From the NCBI RefSeq assembly GCF_006345805.1, contig NC_043016.1, positions 27,342,001 to 27,406,000 of the forward strand: a stretch of 64,000 nucleotides of DNA, in the 5' to 3' direction. This document shows positions 1-10,100 of the stretch, piece by piece (the first letter of the stretch is position 1; every line of letters begins with the position of its first letter). The translations under genes and the position numbers were made by a program. This stretch comes from Octopus sinensis. Lineage: Eukaryota. The notes under the pieces were generated by a model. That model was given only the letters and a program-made list of their open reading frames with translations, was not told where the DNA came from and made no database searches.

Positions 1-29
1 AAATTGGTTTTTAAATAGAGTGATATATA

Positions 30-310
30 AGAAACAAATTAAAAATAATGTTCATTTTCCTTTATTGTACTAATTGTTTCTAGTAATAATTATAGGTACT
101 TTACTGATAGGCTTACTAAACTGGTATATTGATCAATTGAGAAAAATTGAACAGCCTAAGGTCATTCAATTTTTTCTCAATTGTTTACTATGTCAATTGA
201 GTAAACCTATCAGTAATGTACATAAAATGACCACTGAGAACAGCAGTAAGTGAAATTTGGTCCAATAAAGGAAAAATATGCAATGACCATTATTTTTAAC
301 TTGTTTTACA
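30..310. repeat. Imperfect foldback (nested inverted repeats)
   Basis: AAACAAATTAAAAATAAT/ATTATTTTTAACTTGTTT, TTTTCCTTTATTG/CAATAAAGGAAAA, TTACTGATAGG/CCTATCAGTAA and CAATTGAGAAAAA/TTTTTCTCAATTG nested around about 158. Confidence 0.75.
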
Positions 311-814
311 TACAGATGAATGTATGTATGTATGTATGTATGTATGTATGTATGAATGTATGTATGTATGTATGTATGTATGTTGTATTTGTATGTATGT
401 ATGTATGTATGTATGTGTATGCATGCATACTTGCATATATACTAATTTTCGTAACTTTATTTATATTTAAATTTCCTCTATCATCTTTATTCAATTTATT
501 CATTTATTATTCTAATTCTATTTACCTACTCCATCTTATCACCAACCAGCCTGCAAACACCTCGCTCAAACACATAATAATACAAATCATAAACAGTATC
601 ATTGAGTCTACTCTAATGAACTGATAAACATATATAAAACTCCAAGGGTATATTTTCTTCCCTCTGGAGATATGCTCAGGGCATATGAATTTATATTTAA
701 TTAATTCACTGAGTATTAATTGAAACAGCTGTAAAGGATAACGATTGATTTGTTGTTAATAATAACAATCAACTTCCCAGTCTCCATTTTCTTTTTCTTC
801 TTATACACACACAT

Positions 815-873
<59 letters not shown>

Positions 874-878
<5 letters not shown>

Positions 879-1130
879 GTAAAAGTAATATGTGACAATT
901 ATTTGGTAGCCATGATAAAACTCTGAGCTTTGGATGCCAAGGTGGAAATCCACACCACCATCTCTTCAGTTAGCCAGCCATCGGAAAAATACTATGAAAA
1001 GGATTTTTTCATAGTATTTTTCCGATGCCCAGATAACTGAAGAGATGGCGGCATGGACTTCCACCTCGGCATCTGAAGCTCGGAGTTTTATCATGGCTAC
1101 CGAATAATTGTCACATTACTTTTACAGATA
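874..1130. repeat. ~257-bp palindromic foldback (MITE-like)
   Basis: TATCTGTAAAAGTAAT...GGTAGCCATGATAAAACTC pairs with GAGTTTTATCATGGCTACC...ATTACTTTTACAGATA; central TCGGAAAAATACTATGAAAA/TTTTCATAGTATTTTTCCGA. Confidence 0.9.
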
Positions 1131-1825
1131 AATTCCTCTATTTACATAATATTGAGGTCTCTTTCATTCTTTTGTTGTCTTACCATTTCTATCAATATAT
1201 ATATATATATATATATAAACATACACATATATACATTTAAATCCAAATTGAGGGACTTTGGATTTTTATTCACATTCATAGCAACCCAAGTTGCTAATGT
1301 GAACTATAAAAGAATTATACCTGCTACAGACCTCCTACACCTAGATTCTTGGATCATACAATTACATATCATTATATATATAAACGTAAATTTGAGAGCA
1401 TCTACCTGTTTTTTCTAGCATGTTGTGAAACCACCTATCGGACAATTTTTCTATGTAAATGTTTTTAAAGTACCCTTCATAATAGAAATAATTGAATATT
1501 CTCTACAAAATTTAACAAAATTTTATGAAGCATTAAAAATTGTACTTTTGGAGGTTTCACATACTGTTACAGATAATACCTAAGCGACCACAAATTTGAA
1601 TTTTCATATAAGATGAAGGGCACTTTGAGAAGTATTTCGTAAAAGCGACTGCCAAGTGCCCTCAATATCATATTGTTGTTCATACAAAAACGAAAAGACA
1701 CTTTAAAACAACTAAAAGAACCTCGCCCTGGTTGTCAAGGGAAGCTACTCATAATATATTCCCAGAGTTATTTCCCTTAACCTAGACGGAAGAAGGATGG
1801 ATAGACGGGTGGACAGACAAACAGA

Positions 1826-1975
1826 CAGATAGAAAGATTTCTTTATTGGCCACGCAGGGCTGAAGACAGACGAGACAAAATACAAAGTAGAGCTTTTCTT
1901 TTGGGGAAGAAGAGGAGGAAAGAAAAAAAGGGTCGAATTCCGATCAAAAGGGATCGTGGAAAAAAATTGGGGTGA
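1826..1975 (-). mobile_element. Short 3'-end fragment of a related Tx1-like LINE
   Basis: Shares ATTTCTTTATTG(G/A)CCACGCAGGGCTGAA and CGAATTCCGATCAAAAGGGATCGTG with 3997-4100. Confidence 0.8.
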
Positions 1976-2025
1976 CAGACAGACAGGCAGGCAGGCAGGC
2001 AGACAGGCAGACAGACAGATAGACG

Positions 2026-2079
<54 letters not shown>

Positions 2080-2229
2080 CAGACAAAAAATGAAGTAGAC
2101 AGCATACAGATGGACAGCAAGACCAAGAGACAGACCGAGTGTCAGATTGATAGAAGATGGATAGAGAAGGATGTAGAGAGAGAGAGAGAGAGAGAGTGCG
2201 TGTGTGAAAGGGAGATACATAGATGGATA

Positions 2230-3815
2230 GATAAATAGTTTGATAGTTTGATAGAAGAAATATGGAAGAATGTGAAGGAAATTGTCGTTGAAACAGCAGA
2301 GAAACATGTTCTGTACAAGAAACCCACACGATCAGCAAAGTGGATTTTGGAGGAGACTATTGCAATAGCAGAAGAAAGAAGGAGAGCAAAGGTGACCAGA
2401 AGCAGGGATGAAATGCGGCGCCTGAATGCAATGTTCCAACAGGCGGCCAGGAAGGACAAAGAGAAATACTGGAATGAGGAATGTGCAAGGGCAGAGGTGG
2501 CATATAGGAAAGGGAACATGAGAGAACTTTACCAACATGTAAAGAAGACCCGTACCATCACCCTGATCCCCCATGTAAGCAAAATTCTCTTTAAAATCAT
2601 CCAGAAGCGCCTGAACACAACTATTGAGAGAGAATTGCCAGAAGTGCAAGCTGGTTTCAGAAATGGAAGAGGCACCCGCGATCACATCGCCAACCTACGG
2701 TGGATTATGGAAAAGGCAAGAGAATACCAACAGAAGCTGTACATGTGTTTTATCGATTACTCCAAAGCCTTTGACAGCATTGATCATGACAAGGTATGGA
2801 AATGTCTGAAGAAAATGGGAACACCTTTACACCTTGTCCAGCTTATTAGATCACTCTATCGAAACCAAGTGACTACAGTACGGACACCATATGGCGACAC
2901 TGATTGGTTTGAGATTGGAAAAGGCACTCGGCAAGGTTGCATCCTGTCACCAGCAGCCTTCAACATGTACGCTGAAAAGGTCATGAGAAATGCAGGCCTG
3001 GAGGATAGCAGCATTGGAGTGAGGATTAGAGAAAGAAATATTAATAACCTTCGCTATGCAGATGATACAACGCTGCTGGCAGAAAATTCTAGAGAATCTT
3101 ATCCTACTAGTCAAGAAAGAGTGTGAGAAATTTGGGCTGTACCTCAATGTTAAGAAAACGATCATGTCAACAGCAGCCACAACAAACATCAGTATCAAGA
3201 TCGATAATGAAGAGATCGAAGTGGTTGCTGATTTCATCTTCCTTGGCTCCAAAATAAATCGTGATGGTAACTGCACTCCAGAAATAAGGCGGCGGATAGT
3301 ACAAGGCAGGGAGCCAATGGTCAGCATGAGCAAGGTCTGGAAGAGTAGAGACATCCGCCTCGCTACCAAATGCAGATTGGTGAATGCAATCGTCTTCCCA
3401 ATAGCAACATATGGATGCGAGACCTGGACACTAAAGAAAGCTGACCAGAAGAGAATTAATGCATTCGAGTTTTGGTGTTGGAGAAGACTTCTACGGATTC
3501 CATGGACAGCGAGGCTCACCAATGGAGAAGTTCTTAACCAGATCAAGCCGAATCTGTCGCTGGAAGCTAGGATCACCAAGCATAGATTGGCATATTTTGG
3601 TTATATTATGTGGAGAAAATCCCTGGAGAAGGACATCATGCTCGGAATGGTCAGTGGCAAGAGAGGAAAAGGCCGACCAAGAACCCGCTGGCTTGATACC
3701 ATCAAGAGTGACACGGGAATGGTCATAGCCAATCTGAAAGAATAGGCCCAGGATGGAACTGGCTGGAGAACACTGATCCATCTAATAACCGAGAGTCGAC
3801 TTCGACTGAGCGGAT
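2230..3815 (+). mobile_element. 5'-truncated RTE-clade (BovB-like) LINE, internally deleted and frameshifted
   Basis: RT motifs FIDYSKAFD, RQGCILSP, YADD. C-terminus YGCETWT...AFEFWCWRRLLRIPWTAR. 3' end GAGAGTCGACTTCGACTGAGCG running into GATA repeats. Confidence 0.9.
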
Positions 3816-3917
3816 AGATAGATGGATAGATAGTTTGATAAATAAATAGATAGAGGGAGTGATAAATAGATGGCTAAATATAGATAGACACTCTGACACA
3901 GCTAAATAAATAAATAA

Positions 3918-3996
<79 letters not shown>

Positions 3997-3999
<3 letters not shown>

Positions 4000-6368
4000 T
4001 TCTTTATTGACCACGCAGGGCTGAACTTAGAAGGGATAAAATACAAACTAGAGCTTGGGGGGGAGGGGGGAGCGAATTCCGATCAAAAGGGATCGTGAAA
4101 AAAAAGAGTGGGGCCGATCAATAGGGATCGTGTATCATAGAAAGTCAATGCAAAAAGGGAAAACAGATTAGGTTTGTCCGTTGATAGAAAAGCCTACGGA
4201 AAAGACTACGGGAACCTTGGGCAATAGTATCATGCAAAAAGAAAACAGATTACAGTAAGTGGCTCTCTTTTTTCCTTTCGTTTTGTTTTTTTCTTTTGGT
4301 CCATAGGATTATGCTCAAACTGCCTCCGTCATTCTCACGTACCATTCTTGCTACATTCACCCATCTTTTTTGAAGCATTCACTAGACAAAACTTCCCTCT
4401 CTACTCTCACCTTCCTCTTCAATTGATACTTGAAGAAGTTGATGAGAGATTGACCAGAGAGAAAAGTGTTTGTCTTTAGGCCTTTCAGACGCGTCCATCA
4501 TATACATTCTTTCGTCATAGCCACAAGTACGATGAAAAAGCTCTTTCAAGGAAGGAGGCGCGACAAAATTCACGAAAGACTCGGTTGATAAACTGACTTG
4601 TCCCACACGCGATAGCAGTCGTTCGACATAGGCCTACAGGTCGGAAATGGTTGGACACTGTACGTGTGCATGCAGGACGGTTTCGTCGCTCTGACCGCAT
4701 CTCGGACAGGTCGGCCCCGTGTTTCTCGAGCCATATCTGTAGAGCTTATCCCGAATGGGTAGCGCTTCTCGATAGCACTGACAGGCCAGGGATCTCTGGA
4801 AGTTGTCCATAGGTCCCGGCCCGAAAGTTGTCTTGAACAAGCGGGTCAGGTATTCCTCATCGACGTCCAGGTTCGCCCGGAGATCGTCAACGTACCTCCC
4901 CTCCAATAATCTCCTATAGAATGCTTTGGTTGTGTTGAAGTCGCTCAAGGTCGACCCGGGACGGCATAGTTGCTTGAGAGCAACGCGATACTCGCGGTGC
5001 CATTCGCCCTTCCTCGGCCTCTTTTTGATCCACGACTGCAGTTCGGTCATGGCGACGAGCTGCGGGAAAGTGTGCTTCACAAACGGCGACCATACCTGTT
5101 CACCGTCGTCTGCGTAGAGTTGGAGATGTCGCAGTTTCAGCGCGTGTCTGTGCATCATCAACTACGGCATGCTCAGCCCTCCTTTTAACGGGTATTGACA
5201 GCAAATGGATCACCTGACCATTGGAACGCATCCTTTCCACAAGAAGCGGAAGAGAATGCGTTCTAGTTTGGTGATGGTAGGGCGGTCAGGTGGTAGTAAA
5301 TGACGGACGCGATGTACGTGTTCGCAACCTTTGCTCGACCTTTTAGGGACAGCTTCCTCTCGGCCCATTGCCGGACGAGAGTGACCACTCTACTCGTTAT
5401 CTCGTCCCAGTTCTTCTCCATTTGGCGGTCCGGACCAAACCAGACCCCGAGCAACTCGACCGGACTGTCGGTCCAGCGTCCCACGACGGAGGCACCGGTG
5501 GACGGCATGGGCTTGCTTCTCCAGGTGCTGAGTCGCAAGCCTACTGACTTTTCCCGGTTGATTTTTGCTCCTGTTACTGTTTCGTAGTCTTTCAGTGTCT
5601 CGCCGACCAGCTTGATGTACGTTTGGTTAGATACTACGACGGTGACGTCGTCCGTGTATGCAGACACGCTCGTCCCGCAACCCAATTCTTGCGGGATGCC
5701 CCTGAAAGTCGCCAGCTTCCGCAGTAGTGGCTTGAGAGTCAATACGTACAGAAGCGACGAGAGTGAGCATCCCTGACGGACCGAACATGCAATGTCTAAA
5801 AGTCTCGATAGATGTCCATTTACGCGAATTACCGAACGGATGCCTCTGTACAAAGCAGCTATCCAGCCGCGGAAGACGGGACCGAAACCGGCCACTATGA
5901 GGACAGCCTCCAAGTATCGATGGTCTACCCTATCGAAAGCTTTCGATTGATCCAAATTGATCAGAGCCCCATCCATGCCAGGTTCCTTAACTACCCAGTC
6001 TATGATGTTGCGCATCAGATGGAGGTTGTCATGGATGCTCCGGCCCGGCACGGCGCACGTTTGCGCCTTGTCGACCAGTTTCTTGACAAGCGCCAATCTC
6101 TTGGCCAAAATTTTCAAGTCTGCATTGAGCAGAGTGATGGGCCTAAAGTTATCTATTACGCCCCGCCCCCTTGTTTGGATCTTTCTTCAGCAGCGTTACG
6201 GCTCCTCGACTCACAAAACCGGGGATGCTCCCACTTTGCTGCCAAGACGTCTTCAAACAAGGCTGGCATACAACTGTAAAGCTCGTAGGGTAGACCATCC
6301 AAACCCGGCGATTTGTCCCTCGAGCATTCTGCTATCGCGTCCCGCACTTCCGCTGCCGTTATGGCACA
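3997..6368 (-). mobile_element. 5'-truncated Tx1/L1-clade LINE flanked by (ATCT)n on both sides
   Basis: KSPGLDGLPYELY, LDQSKAFDRVDH, SVRQGCSLS, AYTDDV and C-terminal CPRCGQSDETVLHAHVQCP zinc knuckle. 3' end GTGGTCAATAAAGAAATCT followed by (ATCT)n. Confidence 0.9.
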
Positions 6369-6369
6369 A

Positions 6370-6441
<72 letters not shown>

Positions 6442-6550
6442 GTAGATAGGTAGGTAGATAGATAGATTATATATATATTCACCTATATGTGTCTATCTGT
6501 TTATCTGTCCGTCTCTCTGTCTCTTTCTTTCTCTATATATATGTCTGTCA

Positions 6551-6623
<73 letters not shown>

Positions 6624-6714
6624 CCTATCTATCTATCTATCTATCTATCTACCTACCTACCTACCTATCAATCTATCTATCCAGCTAGCTAGATAAACAG
6701 ACAGACAGACAAAC

Positions 6715-6796
<82 letters not shown>

Positions 6797-6904
6797 TGTG
6801 ACAGGGGGGTTAGGCAGAGAGACTGATAGATATATGTCTCTCTATCCATCCATCCATCTGTACATCGTTCAATCTATCAATTTGTCTATCTGCCTATCTA
6901 TATA

Positions 6905-6973
<69 letters not shown>

Positions 6974-6995
6974 ACTATCTATCTATCTATCTATC
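6369..6995. repeat. Alternating (GATA)n / (TATC)n microsatellite blocks
   Basis: GATA about 6369-6466, TATC about 6550-6680, GATA about 6717-6795, TATC about 6944-6993. Confidence 0.95.
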
Positions 6996-7074
6996 CACTT
7001 CCCCCCCCCCCGTCCCTCTCTACTTTAATATATGGCACTGAGCGACAACCTTCTACTCACACTTATACTCATCT

Positions 7075-7120
7075 AATCACGTGACAACCGATGTCAATTG
7101 CGTAGCAGGAAAATGGCGGC
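7075..7120 (+). promoter_or_regulatory. Candidate core promoter/5' end: E-box TCACGTGAC and YY1-type AAAATGGCGGC overlapping the ATG
   Basis: CACGTG at 7078-7083 and AAAATGGCGGC at 7110-7120. Both motifs are typical near housekeeping-gene start sites. Motif match only. Confidence 0.45.
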
Positions 7121-7199
7121 TTCATCCCGTTTGGGGAAGAAGTTAGCTACGAAAACCCGTCTTTCTGCTTCACTGGATCCCAAATTAACCACAGATTCG
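7113..7199 (+). CDS. BAHD1: Putative coding exon 1 ([29 protein letters not shown])
   Basis: AAAATGGCGGC start context, 29 open codons, then TCG|gtaagt consensus donor at 7200 in phase 0, matching the phase-0 acceptor at 33603. The region is locally CpG-rich. Not supported by homology. Confidence 0.65.
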
Positions 7200-10100
7200 G
7201 TAAGTAAACTATTTAGGGCTTCCATATTTTATATATTTTGATGCATTTGCCTCTTTTTTTGTGTCTTAATTTTGTTTTTTGCCCTTTTTTCAACCACTTT
7301 AAGCGTATTTTGTGCTAGATTCGTCCCGTAATGGGGTCGACGTGTGTGTAAATGAATGCAGTTTGCGAGGTTTTACTAGAGACTTCGAACCTGGCATAAG
7401 GTCAGCGAGAAAGTAGAAACCCTAAAGTGTCCATTCATGTCCAAGACGATGTATTTCGTTTTGCTTTTGTATATTTTAGAGGTCACTTTTTGCACACCTC
7501 ACTCTCTTTTTTTTCATCGTCCGAAAGTTGACGTGCCTGTAAAAGAATGCAGTCTTCTGGATTTTGATGGGGATTTTCACCCCGTCTTGAGGTAAGAAAG
7601 AAAGTAAGGACCCTAAAGAGTCCCTCTACTTAATACAACGTATTTTGTCCAGTTTTTGTATATTTTTAGGTGCCACTTTTAACACACACCCCTTTTAATT
7701 TTGCCTTAATGAGGTCGACGTGCGTGTAAATAAATGCAGTTTTCTCTATTTTTATGGTGTGTTTAACTCCGGATTTGAGGTCAGTGAGGATGTAGAGGCC
7801 TTAAGGAGTCCATTCATACCTAACACGATGTATTTCATCTTGTGTATATATCTTTTTAAGGGTTACTTTTAATACACCTTTTCATTTTTTTTTCCTTCGT
7901 CCGAAGGTCGGCCAGCCTGCAAATGAATGCAGGTTTCTTCTTTTTGATGGAGTTTTAACGCCGGTTTTTGAGTTATGGAGAAAGTAGCTGATTTGAGGAG
8001 TCCATCTCTGCCAAACACCACCTATTTTGTTTCCTGTTTATATCTTCTTGGATCACTTTTTACACTACTCCCTCTCGTTTTTAATTCGCCCGAAGGTCGT
8101 CGACTGGACATATGAACTCCTATCTCTTCTTGATGGAGTTTAAACCCCTGGTCTACTCTCAATGAGAAAGTAGAATCTCTTAGAAATCCATCCATGCCCA
8201 ACACATCCTGCTTCATGCTGTGTTTATGCTTTTTTTAAGGGGCGGATATAATAAACCTCATTTCTTATTTTTGGTAATTTATTTCCTCGTCCGAAGGTCG
8301 ACTTGCCTACATATAAAAGCAGATTTTTCTCATTGTGCGTGTTCAATCCGCTGGTTTATCGTCTATGAGAAAGTAGGATTTCTGAGGAGTCCATCCATGC
8401 CTAACACATCCTGTTTTATTATATTTTTATATCTTTTTAAGGGGGTAGAATTAACACAATTCCCTCCACAGTTTTGCCTCGCCATGTCGACCTGGCTACA
8501 AATATAGGCAGTTTTTTTCTCAATGTCGGAGTTCAAACCCCAGGTTACCCCTCAGTGAGAATGTCGGATCTGTAAGGAGTTCATCCATACCTAACACGTC
8601 CCATGTCAAGTTGTGTTTATATCTTAAGATACAAATTTAAGACGTCCTGTTTACATATATAAACAGTTTTTGTCTTGTAGGAATTCAAGCCCCAAGGTTT
8701 CTGTGAGAAAGTAGGATCTCCAAAGGAGTTCATCCACATCTAACACGATCTATTTCTTCTTTTTTTCTTGTATCTTTTTAAATTGCATTTTCAACACACC
8801 TCCCTTCTCGTTTCTGCCTCACGGTCGACTTGCTTCCATATATATGCAGTTTTTGTCTCGTTATCGGTGTTCGAACTCCAGGTATGTCAAAGAGAAAGTA
8901 AAATCATGAAGGAGTCCATCCATGCTTAACACTACCAAATATTTGTAATTAGTTTTTTTTATTTATTTTTGTTGACGTAATATATAGCAGAGTAATTACC
9001 CTAGTCTTGATGCTTTTTTTTTTACCTGATGAAAGAAACCACAGGTGACAATACTTTCCGACCATGACAATCCACTCCGGATATACTTTTTCATTCGTGG
9101 TTATGTGTTTGGAGGACTACATCATCAAATGTAGCAGTTGTTTAGCTGAAGGCTGGCTGTTCAAATAGGATAGTTCAAATAGCCTTATATAATATATATA
9201 TCAGCAGAAGTTTGAGTGACTCAAGATGTAAGTTTCATGCATTGGCTTTTATCAAACTGGTTTCAGTTGTACAGAGCTTGGCCTTTTAGTCACTGTGTAA
9301 CTTTTAACCAATTCATAATAAATAAAAAAAATCTTATGTACTCGTGTTTTTTGAGTTCTATTTTCTTTTGTGTCCACAAACCTATACACACACACACACA
9401 CACAGAGGGTGTTCTGAAAAGTTCCTATCTTTGGATAAAAGAAAATACAGGTGGATCTATTAATTATGATTTTATTTAACATATTCCCCTCTCAGATTTA
9501 CTCACTTATTGCAGCGGTCCTTTAGTTTTTCTAAGCCCTGTAAAAGAACTCAGAATTTTGGGGCCCCAACCAGACCTTTTGTGATACTCTTGAAGCCAAG
9601 AACTTTTCAGCACCCCCTTGTATGTATGTGTATATATATATAATCAAAGACTGGAATTTATGGTTTTATCTTTAATTATAGTCATTTCTACAGAGCATGG
9701 GAAATACATTTCATGATTATAAATTAATTCATATGATGGAACATATTTTTTTATGTAAACTACATGCATTTTTCAGGCAAGCTCTCAAAAGTAATGCAGC
9801 TTAGCAACTGGAATATCACAGTATTTCTAGTTTTTACAACTTAGCAGGAGGAGCAGTTATGTAAATTTATATATACTAGCAGAAACACTGCCCTCCGAAT
9901 GGTTTTTGACCACATTTCAGCCAATATATATACATAAGCATGTGTGTATATACATTTATTCTTTTATGGGAATATTATTGATTGCGTTTAGGCCTGAATA
10001 TTCTCACAGTTCACCAGCCTCACTCCTGAGCTATATGGTCATTACATCTACTGTTGTATTAGTGTGACTTTATCCTCCTGCAATCAACTTAACTCCTTCC

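Noticed and set aside
5300-6482. Plus-strand ORFs of 95-155 aa over the GC-rich block
   Set aside because: Antisense to the Tx1 reverse transcriptase frame.
7320-8930. Array considered as a CRISPR-like repeat-spacer locus or ribozyme multimer
   Set aside because: Eukaryotic context; the whole unit is homologous, with no unique spacers and no identical repeats; no CTGANGA/GAAA core found.
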